From Octopus sinensis (taxonomy: Eukaryota): a stretch of 64,000 nucleotides of DNA. A program made the translations under genes and the position numbers. A model generated the notes under the pieces. That model was not told the origin of the DNA, made no database searches, and worked only from the letters and a program-made list of their open reading frames with translations. The stretch is taken from the NCBI RefSeq assembly GCF_006345805.1, contig NC_043005.1:84320001-84384000 (forward strand). Reading direction: 5' to 3'. This document shows positions 13,781 to 28,070 of this stretch, piece by piece. Numbering within the stretch: position 1 is the stretch's first letter; each line of letters opens with the position of its first letter.

Positions 13781-14460
13781 AAGATGCAATATTGAAGTCT
13801 TCAGCAGTTTTATATACCATACAATATAGTTTTTTTCACCATTTTTCTTTGGGGAATGGGGAAAGAGCTTTCATTAAATCTTTCTTATATCTTTGATATT
13901 ATATTATTATTATTATTATTATTATTATTATGTTTTTTTTTCTTTTCTTTGGTATATCTTTATATTTCTCAGGTATTTATTATTATTTTGTGTTATTTCT
14001 GTTTTTTTTTTTAATTTTGCTATTTTCATTTCTTTCTTTATTTTTCTGGTGGGTGTAAGGTGTCTTGGAGATATAATGCGATGCGGAAGTTAGTTAAAAG
14101 GTGCATATAGATTTACAAGAAAATGGGTGGGGGTTGGGAGGTTGGGAGGGGGTTGGGGGTAGGCAGTTGTGGGACAGGAGGAGTGATGATAATGATGATG
14201 ATGATAATGATGATGACGATGATGATGATGATGGTGGTGGTGATGACTTTAAGGAAGGTTGGTGTATGGAGATGAGAGAGAAGAGGCAAGAAAACATGAG
14301 AAAAAAGGTAAAAAAAAAGAAACAACAATAATAACGTGTGTGCATGCATGTATATGTACAGGTGTGTGTGTGTTTATATCAATACATATATATACTTATA
14401 TATATATACACATCAATATATATACATACACAAATATAACAAATATAAATGATAGATAAG

Positions 14461-14507
<47 letters not shown>

Positions 14508-14970
14508 GAAAAATATAAAAATTAAAAAAAGCACATGCACCATGCATACACAGACACATGTTCAAATATATGCACACACACACACACACACACACACAGA
14601 GGAAAACAAATAACAAGAAGTAAAAAAAAAAGAATTGAAGTATAAAATAACAGTTGAAAACAGAAGAAGTGTGAGGGAGACAAGAAAAAGAGGAGGAAGA
14701 GGAGAGAGAAGGAGAGGAAATGGGGGAGGGGGTGGGAGAAGGGGGGCAAGATTGAAAATCGATGTGTCTTGTGTGCGTAAGTTTTACAGAAATAGAAGTG
14801 AAGTGTATTAGGTTTGGTTTAGTGTTAGAAGAATACTAATTTGGTAAGTTGTCTGAAGAGTCTTGTTGAGAGATATGGAGATGGAACACGTGACTGTTAC
14901 AGCATGCATATACCGATAGGTGTGCATGCATGTGTGTGTATATTATCCATGATAATATACATATATACAT

Positions 14971-15480
14971 ATCTTGTAAATATAGTCGAGTTAACGGTTC
15001 CTCATGAAGATAATATGGACACCGCTCGGGCTCGAAAATTTAACCGTTATGTAAACCTCCTCAAGGAATGTGAAGACGCAGACAGGAAAGCAGAACATTT
15101 TCCAATCGAAGTCAGATGTAGAGGGTTTGTTGGACACAGTGTGAGACGACTGTTGTTATTGTTAGGCCTAACTCATCATAAAGTAGATACCACCATGACC
15201 GATATCCAGTCTACAGTGGAGAAGGCTAGCCACTGGATTTGGTTAAAAAGAGATGATGAGTGATGGCTAGAAGGATATTGAGCTTTATTTGATAACCAGC
15301 TGATATAGCAAGTGGGGCCTCATATCATATGGTGAGGTGGGGCCGGTGCGCATTGATGCCGTCAAGAGGTAGGCCCTGAAATGGCACGCATTCTCTCCTG
15401 ATGACCCCATACACTTGCAGACTTCCGGTATACAGAGTTATTGACTGGTAGCACTTGCATGTGCAAGTTGTTTGCAATAT
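14971..15480 (+). mobile_element. 3' end of a HERO-like RLE non-LTR retrotransposon
   Basis: IVELTVPHEDNMDTARARKFNRY..PIEVRCRGFVGHS..EKASHWIWLKR matches the ELTVPWE..EVGCRGF..ASxWxWxKR pattern; a 3' UTR follows. Confidence 0.85.
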
Positions 15481-15495
15481 ATTTATATTCATATA

Positions 15496-15532
<37 letters not shown>

Positions 15533-16229
15533 TCATATGTGTGTGTGTGTGTGTCTACACATGTATACATTGTCATCAGTTAACGTCTGCTTTCGATGCT
15601 GGCATGGGTTGGATGGTTTGACAGGGAACTGACAAGCTGCAATTTAATGTGGAGCTCCAATGCCATCTTTGGTATGGTTTCTATGACTGGATGCCCTTCA
15701 CATTTGCATATGTGTGTATGTGTGTGTTTGTATGTACATACATACATGCATATATATATATATATATATATATATGGTGCCATGATAAATAAGCCATCTG
15801 TCATACACCCCCCACCACCAACATCTCAACATCTCAATTTTATGTCAAAATATTTCTGCAGAATGCAGTGTTGTTATTTAGTCCAAAACACATTCCTGAT
15901 TTGGTCAAAGGACTTCCAACCATGCCAAACCACTCCTTCTCTGGAGCCGTGCTTATATAAAACTTCCTTATCCAGAATCTTTGCCCCTTATCAAAAATGT
16001 CAGATTGCATTGGGAGGGAGATTTAACTGCTATTTCAAACAAAGGTTGAGCAACAACATAGAGCATCATAGAGAGAGCTGCACCACCACATTTCCAGCAG
16101 AGTTAACTGGAGCAATGAGAATCAAGTATCTTGCTCAAGGATACAACATGCTAACTAGTTCAGGAATGAACATCAGACCTTAAAATCGAGACCAACACCA
16201 TTCTGCTTACCCCATATTACACACACACC

Positions 16230-16313
<84 letters not shown>

Positions 16314-16477
16314 GAAATTTATGCATGGACGCATATCATACAAGGTAGAGAATAGCGGCATCTTTGGCATGATCAATATTCTCCTCTGGATCTGTGATAG
16401 ATGCATCATATCTCACCTGGAAAGTTTATATCTTTGCTATACAAGAACAGAGTTAGCGAGTGAATATCTGATTAAAA

Positions 16478-16533
<56 letters not shown>

Positions 16534-16544
16534 TAAGGATGCTT

Positions 16545-17100
16545 CCAAACCTAATGTTGTGAGAGAAAATGTCAATTGTGCTTATGAGGAAGCTATCGTA
16601 CATATCCCCATCAGCTGTCCAAAAATATCCACAAGATCACAAGATATTGCTTTCTTATGAGACAAGACATTGTCACTAAACCTATCTGCAATGCTATACG
16701 CAGGAAGAATTGTTCTGATGGCCATATCAACAACTACATTAGAACCAGAAGATATACGCATCTTTAAAAATGAAGAATTGAATAAAATACAGCAGCCTGG
16801 TGTTAAGCCTGACAAGTGATATATATGATTATGTGGGACAGGGAATCAAAGGTTGAGCATTGTTGTGGAGATTAGCTGCCCAATGGATATGAATGTCTCT
16901 TTGAAAACTGCAGAAAAGGAGAACGTCTATGTAGAACTGAAGATAAATCAACAGATTCCCAATCCAGGATATAGATATTCCATTTTCTTTCCTATTATCA
17001 TAGGTGTGCTGAGCAACGGAACAATAAATCTGCATAAAAAATCTAGAAATGCAAGGGTTCTTAAAAAACGAAACAAAAACAGAACAGAGTAAATGGATTC
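16545..17100 (+). mobile_element. Highly decayed RLE non-LTR element fragment (zinc knuckle plus RLE)
   Basis: Broken frames read HIPISCPKISTR, LMRQDIVTK, KPD, IVVEISCPMDMNVSLKTAEKENVY and PIIIGVL. Confidence 0.65.
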
Positions 17101-17353
17101 TCATTCTTTGAATACATTCAATTGAAAATTTTTGGAAAAAAATTTTATCTTATATTAGAAGTAAATTTTTTATCATTCACTTTGGGACTGGTGACCACTC
17201 TGAGTTGTGGTTCATGACCAATCACACGTGTGCTGAGGCTCGCTATGGAATTTTATGTTTAGATCTAACTGGGGTACTTATGTGTACCCTTGACTCTTGC
17301 TTCTGCTTTTTTCTATGGCTACTTGTAGGTATTTCATTTATTTCTTATCGTAT

Positions 17354-17412
17354 TCTCTACTGATGAGGGGAAAATCCAGTGGGTTAATCCCAAAATTGAT
17401 TCAATATAGAGA
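17354..17412 (+). ncRNA. Minimal type I hammerhead motif with G12-to-A lesion (probably inactive)
   Basis: TCTCTA CTGATGA GGGG..TCCC AAA A-ttga-t-tcaa-T A TAGAGA. Stem I is 6 bp perfect, stems II and III pair, and GAAA reads AAAA (CpG-type decay). Confidence 0.7.
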
Positions 17413-17582
17413 TAACACATTTAAAAAAATGCTGTTAGCTTGCCTTCCTTGATTTCAGAACAACATGTATTCAAAGTGATGTATATGTAGTGACTGACGA
17501 TTTAAAGTCTATTTCTCAGCATATTGGTATAGAAATCTTTTTTCTTTTGCCCTTATTTATAAATGTTAATAATTTTCACCTT

Positions 17583-17709
17583 TAACCCTTTCATTACCAA
17601 CCCGGCTAAAACCAGTTCTGGCTCTGAGTACAAATGTCTTGTTTTCATAAGTTTTGAATTAAAATCTTCCACCAAACTTTAAAATAAATACAGTAATGAA
17701 AGGGTTAAA
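17583..17709 (+). mobile_element. Internally deleted TTAA-flanked (piggyBac-like) MITE
   Basis: TTAACCCTTTC...GAAAGGGTTAA; same family as 44034-44507. Confidence 0.75.
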
Positions 17710-18369
17710 GGTATTTTTAATATGCTGGCCACTTTGATGGAATTTTTGGAAAATAATTTTATCCTATATTAGAACTACATCCAATGAGAGGTAGAAAGAA
17801 AATTTGTAAAACTTTTCAGGGATTTTTCATTTCAGGTTCCTGAAATGAATGCATGCACATATAATCTGTACTGAAGTATAAACACGCACACTTGTGTATT
17901 AAAGTGATATGTACACCCAGTACACAAGTCTAAGTTTATCCACACATATACACGGATGTATGTGGACAGCAACCAATTCAATTGACCACAAAATAGAATC
18001 CTAAAGAATATATACATTCACACAAACACATACACTGGCATTTAATTTGGTAGCAATCCAATGTAGGTCAGGCTGACAGAAAACTCAGGAAGAATACGTA
18101 AATACTCCCAATCTATCATTCAACATTACCTGATGAAATGGTGCAGTTACGTAATATCATATAATCTTATGCATTACACATGTGTAGCAAAAAATTTGAG
18201 CTGTCTGTTCTTGCTTCTTTACTATATATATATATAATCCAGTGTTGGTTTATTTGGTGTTCTTCTCTCCTTCCAAGCTGAAATTAATGAGCCTGTTGCA
18301 TTTCAATGGAACTGATGAATCTATTGATACATGAAATAAACTTTAATCTTCATAAAATCTGTTTACAAA

Positions 18370-18469
18370 NNNNNNNNNNNNNNNNNNNNNNNNNNNNNNN
18401 NNNNNNNNNNNNNNNNNNNNNNNNNNNNNNNNNNNNNNNNNNNNNNNNNNNNNNNNNNNNNNNNNNNNN
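18370..18469. other. Assembly gap (100 N)
   Basis: Run of N; sequence continuity across it is unknown. Confidence 1.
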
Positions 18470-18804
18470 CTATCAGCGTAACATATATATATATATCTAT
18501 ACTACATATATATAATCTATATTGGTATACATATATATATATATCTATATACATATATATATATATATATATCTGTATACATATATATATATAATATATC
18601 TGTATACATTATATATATATATATATATCTGTATACATATATATATATATTATATATATATATATATATATATGTATTACTTACTAGCAAGGATACAGTA
18701 ATTTGTTTTGCAACCATAACATATGACTAAGTATAATAAAGGTTTGCTAATCAATATTATGTTTTAATTTTTACATTAGTAGTGCAATGTTTTCATTTGT
18801 GAAT

Positions 18805-18845
<41 letters not shown>

Positions 18846-19009
18846 AGGTGCATGGCTCAGTGGTTAGAGTGTCGAGCTTACAATTGTGAGGTTATGAGTT
18901 CGATTCTCAGACTGGGCAGACTTTATTTCATGTTGGTCCAGTTCACTCAGCTGTAGAAATGAGTTGTGATGTCACTGATGCCAAGCTGTATTGGTTGCAT
19001 TTGTTGCTT

Positions 19010-19395
19010 CACAAACACATAGTTCTGGGTTCAGACCCATTGTGTGGCACCTTGGGCAAGTGTCTTCTACTATAGCCTTGTGAGTGGATTTGGTAGACAG
19101 AAACTGAAAGAAGCTCATCACACATACACACGCACACACACGCACACACAAAGTGTGTGAGTGTTTGCATGCGTTATTGCGTCTGTGCTTGTTCCACTTC
19201 CACCGCTTGACAACCAATGCGATGTATTTATGTCTTTGTAACTTAGTGGTTCAGCAAAAGAGACTGATAGAATAAATACCAGAATAAATAGCAAAAAAAA
19301 CAATAAGTACCTGGGTTGATTCATATGACTAAAAATTCTTCGAAGTGTTGTCCCAGCATGGCCACAGTCTAATGATTGAGACAAGTAAAAGAAAT
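19010..19395 (+). mobile_element. Family B SINE
   Basis: CORE GGCACCTTGGGCAAGTGTCTT and family tail; the head abuts a family C SINE fragment (about 18845-18995). Confidence 0.8.
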
Positions 19396-19447
19396 AAAAT
19401 ACATGCCTTTATGTGATTTTGTATGTGTATGTGTGTATATATATAAA

Positions 19448-19868
19448 CTTTTACTCATTTACTTGTCTCAGTCATTTGACTGTGGCTATGCTGGAGCACC
19501 ACCTTTAGTCGACAAATCGACCCCAGGATTTATTCTTTGGAAGCCTAGTACTTATACTATCAGTCTCTTTTGTAGAACCGCTAAGTTCCGGGGACGTAAA
19601 TACACCAGCATCGGTTGTGAAGCGATGTTGGGGGGACAAACACAGACAAACAAACATATACACACACATACATATATATAAATATATATTATATATATTA
19701 TATATGACAGGATTTTTAAAGTTTCCATCTACCAAATCCACTTGTAAGGCTTTGGTCGGCCCGAGGCTAAAGTAGAAGACACTTGCCCAAGGTGCCACAC
19801 AGTGGGAATGAACCCAGAACCATGTAGTTAGGAAGCAAGCTTCTTACTAACACAGCCACTCCTGCACC
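19448..19868 (-). mobile_element. Family B SINE, inverted relative to the preceding copy
   Basis: Reverse complement of the family B consensus. Confidence 0.85.
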
Positions 19869-19952
19869 TATATAAATATATATGTATATATATGTGTGTG
19901 TATATATATGTGTATATATAGATATATATATACATATGTGTGTATATATATA

Positions 19953-19995
<43 letters not shown>

Positions 19996-20029
19996 TATGT
20001 ACACACACTGTATCCCTATCACTAAATCA

Positions 20030-20310
20030 ATATCCTGATTTCATGTTATTATCCATATGTGAGGTGGTGGTAAATTGCTTTCGATACAGAAATCTGAGTT
20101 GATATGGCAATGATTATCCAGACGGATTAACGGCCACCTGGATACTGCAATGAATCTATAAAATGATATAAAAGACTTACTTCCTAAATACACAAATATA
20201 GAAAGCTTTATACAGGTGCTTATTGCATCTTACAATGGCCGTGCACCAAAGATTGGTCTTGGAATGGGAAATCAGAGTCAGTAATCAAGATTAAGGATTT
20301 AGTGTCAGAT
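20030..20310. mobile_element. Probable MITE with about 28-bp imperfect terminal inverted repeats
   Basis: CACTAAATC..ATCCTGATT versus AATCAAGATT..GATTTAGTG. Confidence 0.45.
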
Positions 20311-20671
20311 CAATAAACAAACACTTCTGGATTCAGTAATGGATTTTTATTTTTGTTTTTTTGTCTAATATGTACACTGAAATACACATTATCCATTATT
20401 ATTATTATTATTATTATTAATTAAAAAGGTGGTGAGCTGGGAAAATTATTGGCACATTAGGTAAAATGCTTAGCAGGATTTTCTCCATTTTTATGTTCTG
20501 GGTTCAAATTCTGCTGAGGTCGACTTTGCCATTCATCCATTTGGGGTCCATAAATTAAGTATCAGTCAAGTACAGGGGTCACTGTAATTGACTAGTCCTC
20601 TCCCACCAAAATTTCAGGCCTTGTGCCTTTAGTAGAAAGGGTTGTTATTATTATTATTATTATTATTATCA

Positions 20672-20990
20672 TTACCTCCACCTTAGCAAAGGTGAAGGTA
20701 TTTTTTTCAGTCGCGTTTGCTTGTTTGTCTATGGGCAAGATATCTCAATGACCATTGGATGGATTTGGATGAAACTTTCAGAGATGTTTGGCCTCATGAC
20801 TGGCACAAACTGATTAGATTTTGGGATCGATCTGGTACTGGACAAGGATTCTGGATAATTTTCCCAGTTTTTTTTACTTAATTTTTGAGAGCAGTCAGGT
20901 TCATTTTTAGTATTTTCATTTATGAGAGCAGTTGAGTTTATTTCAGATATTCTCATTTTAAAAATCCTTTCTGGCTAATTGTTGCAAGGA
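20672..20990 (+). mobile_element. HINE/DINE-1-like (Helentron-associated) non-autonomous element
   Basis: TTACCTCCACCTT-agc-AAAGGTGAAGG 5' palindrome, GTTTG/GTCT remnant, GATATCTC..GGATTTGGATGAAACTT and GATTAGATTTTGG..GATC motifs (family recalled from memory). Confidence 0.6.
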
Positions 20991-21224
20991 CGTTGGATGT
21001 AGATAGTTTAGGGGATGTTGATAATTTAGGGGTGTGGCATAAGTATTTATAAACAAAATTGATACTGGGTTGGAGTAATAGATTAAACTTTGGGGATTGG
21101 AAAATGAGAGGGGGGTGGGGAGAGAGCTACATCAGCTCTTTACACCCCACTCCAGGTTGACTTTGTGGTTTGATTAGGGTGTGATGTGCTTAGAATTTTG
21201 TAATTTGAAAAGAGAGAATGTTTT

Positions 21225-21620
21225 CTTTCTTTATATTGAATACATTTCCAGGCAACAACAATATTTCTAACTTCTCCATACTATGGAGATTACTTTTGCC
21301 ATCTCATCTTGCTCCTTATATTCAACCAATAATGCTCCAGTTTATTATTGATGTAGTCACTCTGAAGGCCTTTAGATTCCATACAAATTTGGAGAATGAT
21401 GTTGCATTACATTTGCTTTTCTTTCAGAATGAAGCCATGTGTTGTGTGAATCGTTCCTTAAAGGTGTTCCCTGTGAGTCCAATATAGGTTTTTATTGTAG
21501 TAAGGATGTTGGATCTATATATTAGTTCATTCTCATGGCACTTATTGTTAACTGGCATAGTAGTTGTCACCCATTTATCACACTGAATAACTGCAAATAT
21601 ATTCACATGAAACCGATGGC
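21225..21620 (-). mobile_element. Penelope-like element GIY-YIG endonuclease remnant
   Basis: TIKTYIGLTGNTFKERFTQHMASF*KKSKCNATSFSKFVWNLKAFRVTTSIINWSIIG..NLHSMEKLEIL matches the PLE YIG..FKxR..H..S..T..SKxxWxLK..WSI..CxLCxxEK pattern. Confidence 0.8.
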
Positions 21621-21685
21621 ACTGCATAAGTGACTTCTATTTATCTGTCCCCTCTGTGTTCAGCCCTGTGTGACCAATAAAGAAA

Positions 21686-21772
<87 letters not shown>

Positions 21773-22258
21773 CTCAAATTAGCAGAAAACTACCTAAAAA
21801 TAGTGTGTCTGTGAGTTGACAAAATAGTGAACAGCTTTTTTTAAAGCTGGCCTTGCACAAAATATGACCAGAAACTCTTATCATAGATGCAGGATTTATA
21901 TATATTTTCAAGCAAAAACTGGAAGATTTGATAGTCTCTGTATGCTTACTCAGCAAATATGAATCTCCAAAATTTTCAACTGGTTTCTACGTCTCATTTA
22001 AAATAAACTATTATATATATGCTTTTGAATTTTGGAACTTGCAGATGTCTTTGACAAGGACACACTCTGCATTATAACCCTTTCTATGCACAGTATGTAA
22101 ATCTATATATGTGTGTATATATATATATATGTGTGTGTGTGTGTGGTGTGTGTGTGTGTGTATGTGTGCATATATATTTCTACATGAACGTATGTAAATA
22201 AAAAATTACAAACATGATGCACACACATACACACACACATTCATAGATGCATATATAT

Positions 22259-22298
<40 letters not shown>

Positions 22299-22419
22299 AC
22301 ATATATATATACATATATATACATGATTATATGATATTATATGCACACACACATATATATATATATACATATATATACATATATATATACATATATATAT
22401 ATATACATATATATATATG

Positions 22420-22479
<60 letters not shown>

Positions 22480-23024
22480 CATATATACATGTATATATAT
22501 ATGTATATATACATATATATACATATATGTGTGTGTGTACATATATATTTATATGTGTGTGTGTGTGCTGTCATAAAACTTTATTAAAGCATATTTTATA
22601 GAGCAAAATATGGTATCACATTGCCTGAAGTAATGTATGATGGAAATATATATTAGTAATAATTTATTTGTAAGCTGTGACATAAGTTTATGATATAAAT
22701 ATAAAATTGAAAAGAAATTATAATTGGAAATACTCTAACATTAGTGGTGGAATGCTTATCAATGTCTGTGTGTATATATATATATATATATACATACATG
22801 CCTACATCTATATATACATATATATATATATACAGACATCTCTCTATCTATATATATACAAATATATTTATCTCAACATATATGTATATATATATATGTG
22901 CATACAGATATGTACACATACACACAAACACATTTATCTATCTTGAGCACAGACATCAAATTCCATCTGACCCATGCAAGCCTGGAGAGGTGGATAATAG
23001 AATGCTGATGATGATAATACTCTT

Positions 23025-24452
23025 TTACTTATTTCAGTCATTTGACTGCAGCCATGCTGGAGCACCGCCTTTAGTCGAGCAAATCGACCCCAGGACTTAT
23101 TCTTTGTAAGCCTAGTACTTATTTTATCAGTCTCTTTTGCCGAACCACTAAGTTACAGGGATGCAAACACACCAGCATTGGCTGCCAAGCGATGTTGGGG
23201 GGGGGGACAAACACAGACACACAAACGCACACACACATATATATATATATACATATACGATGGGCTTCTTTCAGTTTCCATCTACCAAATCCACTCACAA
23301 GGCTTTGGTCGGCCCGTGGCTATAGTAGAAGACACTTTCCCAAGGTGCCACATAGTGGGACTGAACCCGGAACCATGTGGTCGGTAAGCAAGCTACTTAC
23401 CACACAGCCAAACATGCACACAAACACACACATTACATAAATGTGTATATAATTAAAAAAAGAAACTGGCTCTCCATCGGTTACGATGATGAAGGTTCTA
23501 GTTGATCTGATCAACAGAACAGCCTTGTCGTGAGATTAAGACACAAGTGGCCGAGCACTCCAGAGACAAGCATACTTTTAACACAGTTCTCAGGGAGATT
23601 CAGTATAACACAGAAAGTAACAATGATGGCCCCCTTTGTATTACTGTTACAACTCATTTTTGCCAGTTTGGTGGACTGGGGCAATGTTAATTAAAGTGTC
23701 ATGCTCATGGACACAATGCACTGCCATGAATTGAACCCATGACTTCACAATCATTAGCTGACTACCCAAACCACTAAACCATGCACCTTCACATGTATAA
23801 TACATTCATGTGGCGCTTCGTTGGTTACGATGACGAGGGTTCCAGTTGATCCGATCAATGGAACAGCCTGCTCATGAAATTAACGTGCAAGTGGCTGAGC
23901 ACTCCACAGACATGTGCACCCTTAACATAGTTCTCGGGACGATTCAGCGTGACACAGAGTGTTACAAGGCTGGCCCCTTTGAAATACAGGTACTACAGAA
24001 ACAGGAAGTAAGAGTGAGAGAAAGTTGTGGTGAAAGAGTACAGCCCCTGTTAGAGCCTCGTGGAGCTTTAGGTGTTTTCGCTCAGTCTGGGAATCGAAAC
24101 TGCAACCCTACAACTGCAAGTCTGCTGCCTTAACCACTGGGCCATTACACAATACATTCATGTACACATATGCACAACCATTTTTTCCATATACATACAC
24201 ACTATACACACACACAAGTATACTCTTTTACACTTTTACTTGTTTCAGTCATTTTGACTGTGGCCATGCTGGAGCAGTGCCTTTAGTCAAGGCAAATCGA
24301 CCCCAGGACTTATTCTTTGTAAGCCTAGCACTTATTCTATCGCTCTCTTTTGCCGAACCACTAAGTTATGGGGACGTAAACACACCAGCATCGTTTGTCA
24401 GCGATGCTGGGGGGGGGGGCAAACACAGACACACTTAAACACAGACATACAA

Positions 24453-24489
<37 letters not shown>

Positions 24490-24640
24490 CATATATACGA
24501 CGGGCTTCTTTCAGTTTCCATCTACAAAATCCACTCACAAGGCTTTGGTCAGCCCGAGGCTATAGTTGAGGACAATTGCTGGGGTGCCACGCAGTGTGAC
24601 TGAACCCAGAACCACTTACCACACAGCTACGCTTGTGCCT
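23025..24640 (-). mobile_element. SINE cluster: family B (about 23025-23410 and 24228-24640) and family C (about 23470-23790 and 23810-24140)
   Basis: Family-specific heads and tails, all on the minus strand. Confidence 0.75.
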
Positions 24641-24773
24641 ATATATATATATATATATACATACATACATATATATATATTACAACTTTTTTCATTTAAT
24701 ATATATATGTTTATGCTTGCGTGCATGTACACGCACACACACATATACATTATATCTTTTTCGATTTGATATA

Positions 24774-24919
24774 TACCATACATTAATGTGTATAAGGAAC
24801 CCCCTTATTTTTTGGGCTTAAAATTTGGAAGAAAAGTTTCAGAAGGGATTATAATACTATTTATTATAAGAAACTCCCATATTTTGTTTACCTAATTTTT
24901 GACAAAAAAGGGTTCCTTG
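24774..24919. mobile_element. Short Tc1/pogo-like MITE
   Basis: TACCATA..TGTATAAGGAACCC versus GGGTTCCTTGTACA..CATGGT inverted ends. Confidence 0.5.
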
Positions 24920-25954
24920 TACATGCTAAAACATGGTGTATATGTTAATGTTTGCGTGTATGTACACACACACACACAAATGTAGACCTTGCTGGTGCTG
25001 GTGCCATGTAAAAAGAATACAGTATACTCCGTAGAGTGGTTGGTGACAGGAAGAGCACCAAGTAGTAGAAGCCGTGCCAAAATAGATGGCTGGAGCCTGG
25101 TAGGTAACGCTCTGGCTTGCCAGCTCATGTCAAACTGTCCAACTCATGCCAGCAAGGAAAAAAGGATGTTAAATAATGATGATGATGATACAAACACACA
25201 GAGATACATACATACACACATATGCACACACACACAAACAGACACACATACACACATACATAAACACAGACACGCATACAAACACCCATACACACAGACA
25301 CACACGCATGCATTTACATACACACACCCATACACATATGCACATACATGCACACACATACATACACATACACGTTTGCATGCACACATACACACATACA
25401 CACACATACACACACACGCATGCACATACACACACATACACACACATACACACATGCATACACACATACACATATACACACACACACATCTTGCCTATTG
25501 ATTTTCATTACTATTGATGTTTTTTTCTAGTCTTTCTCATTGTTTCCCGCATGTATCCGTGCATGTTTGTCTGTGTGTGTGTTTATATGCCTCTGTGCCT
25601 TTAAGCATTTGTGTGTGTGTGTGTGTGTGCATGTGTGTGTATGTGTGTGTCTGCATCTCTTGTGTCTTTGCTGTCCTTACCCCACCCAACCTCACCTCAC
25701 CCCACCCTGATCGCAACATTTAACATTTATCAATTTATTTGATTCAAATCTAATTAAGAAGTACATTAATTACCAATTAAGTCAGCCCCTCCCCCCACTT
25801 CCCACCAATGAATTGCATGATTCTTTTTATTTATTTATTTATTTATTTATTATTTATATTTCTTTTTTATTTACAATTTCTTTTTCTCCTATTTTAAAAA
25901 TAGATATTTTTCTCCTCTGATCTCTCTCATTTTGATCTATGAATCACAATGATG

Positions 25955-26002
25955 ATAATAATAATAATAATAATAATGATAACGATAATGATGATGATGA
26001 TG

Positions 26003-26045
<43 letters not shown>

Positions 26046-26107
26046 TAATAATAATAATAATAATGATGATGATAATAATAATAATAATAATAATAATGAT
26101 GATAATG

Positions 26108-26148
<41 letters not shown>

Positions 26149-26152
26149 AATG

Positions 26153-26201
<49 letters not shown>

Positions 26202-26366
26202 TGATAATAATAATAATAATGATAATAATAATAATAATAATGATAATAATAATAATAATAATAATGATAATAATGATAATAATAATAATAATAATGATGA
26301 TGATAATAATAATAATAATAATAATAATGATGATGATAATAATAATGACAATAATGATGATGATAA
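25955..26366. repeat. About 410-bp (AAT)n/(GAT) microsatellite
   Basis: Directly visible; source of the poly-N/I/L ORFs. Confidence 0.98.
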
Positions 26367-26884
26367 TTTCTTTATTGGCCACAAGGGCTGAACACAAAAC
26401 AGAAAAAGGGGCAATAAAGCATAAAGGACAAGCGGAGCTTAGCAGAAAACTTCATGCATGAAAGTGAAACAAGAGTAATTAACAACAATAGTCAACAATA
26501 AAATTCCTCAAAATGGAGGCAGTTCCACCCAGGGACAACTGAGAAAATAGCAGCAACAACAACAGCAACAACAGCAGCAACAACAACAGCAACAACAGCA
26601 GCAACAACAACAGCAACAACAGCAGCAACAACAACAGCAACAACAGCAGCAACAATAGTTCTTTGTAATTTTAGCACAAGGCCAGCAATGTTGATGGGTG
26701 GAGAAGCTGATTACATTGACCCCAGTGTGCACTTGCTGCTTTATTTCATAGACCCCAAGAGGATGGCAAGCAAAGTCAGCCTCAGCGGAATTGGAACTCA
26801 GAACATAAAAATGGACAACACATCGTTAAGCATTTTTTTCCAGCATGCTAATGATTCTGTCATTTCATCGCATCATTATCATCA

Positions 26885-27320
26885 TAATCGTCGTCGTCAT
26901 CTTTTAATGTCCGCTTTCCATGCTGGCATGGGTTGGATGGTCTGACTGAGGACTGGTAAGGCTCCAGTCTGATCTGGCAATGTTTCTACAGCTGGATGCC
27001 CTTCCTAATGCCAACCACTCCAAGAGTGTAGAGGATGCCTTCTATGTGTCACCAGCATGGGAGCCAGTCAGGGGGCACTGGCTTTGACCATGTTCAGATG
27101 GTGCTTTTTATGTGTCACTGGCATGAGAGCCAGTCAGGGGGCACTGGCTTTGACCATGTTCAGATGGTGCTTTTTACGTGCCATTGGTATGGGAGCCAGT
27201 CAGGGGGCACTGGCTTCGACCACATTCAAATGGTGCTTTTTACATGCCACCGACACAGGAGCCAGTCAGCGGGGACAGGCATCAACCACATTCAAATGGT
27301 GCTTTTTACATGCGTGCCTT
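26885..27320 (-). mobile_element. RTE-type LINE 3' UTR with four 66-bp tandem units
   Basis: GAGCCAGTCAG at 27061, 27127, 27193 and 27259; (GAT)n-type tail at about 26885. Confidence 0.8.
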
Positions 27321-27619
27321 AGACAACAATCCTTTCTACTACAGGCACAGGGCCTGAAATTGTTGAGAGCACAGATTAGTCAGTTATCTTGACCCCAATA
27401 CACAACTGGTATTTATTTCATCAACCTTGAAAAGTAAAGGTGCCTTCAGCAGAAATTGAACTCAGGATGTAAAGACAGACCAAATGCCACTCAACATTTT
27501 GCCTGCTGTGTTAATTATTAGCAAACTGAAACTGGAAGAGTATGGAGAATCTAACGCTACAACCCACTTGCTAATTTCCACTAAATACTGATGTTAACTA
27601 ATATTCTCCAAACATATCC

Positions 27620-28070
27620 CCATCATCATCATTATCATTTAACGTCCATTGTCCATGCTGGCATGGGTTGGATGGTTTGACCAGGGATGGTAAGCTGGAA
27701 GGCTGCACCAGACTCCAGTCTGATTTGTCATGGTTTTCTACAGCTGACCACTCCGAGGGTGTAACACATGCTTTTATGTGCCACTGGTAATGGATGCCAT
27801 TTGTGTGACACCAGGATGTGTTTATGTGCCACCAACAGGGGTGCCAATTTGCATGACACCAGTATCGGCTACGACTGCAATTTTGCTTGGCTTGATGGGT
27901 CTTCTTCTCAAGCACGACATAATACCAAATGTCTCAGTCAGCGCCTTCATGAGGCCCAACACTTGCAAGGAACTCAGCCCCTTTGCCTCCATGTGGTCCA
28001 AAAGGAACTCAGCCACTTTGTCTCTGTGAGGCCCAACGCTTGAAAGGAACTCAGCCCCTTTGTCTCATTC
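27620..28070 (-). mobile_element. RTE-type LINE 3' end, second subfamily
   Basis: Shares the tail CCATGCTGGCATGGGTTGG and GTTGGGCCTCACAGAG-like sequence with 63457-64000; AAGGAACTCAGCC occurs three times. Confidence 0.65.

Noticed and set aside
15370-15420. GAAA..CTGATGA in the HERO-like 3' UTR as a type II hammerhead
   Set aside because: The flanking strands do not form stem II and no stem I hairpin is present.
27035-27392. ORFs with a 22-aa repeat (HGSQSGGTGFDHVQMVLF)
   Set aside because: They are translations of the 66-bp tandem unit in an RTE 3' UTR.
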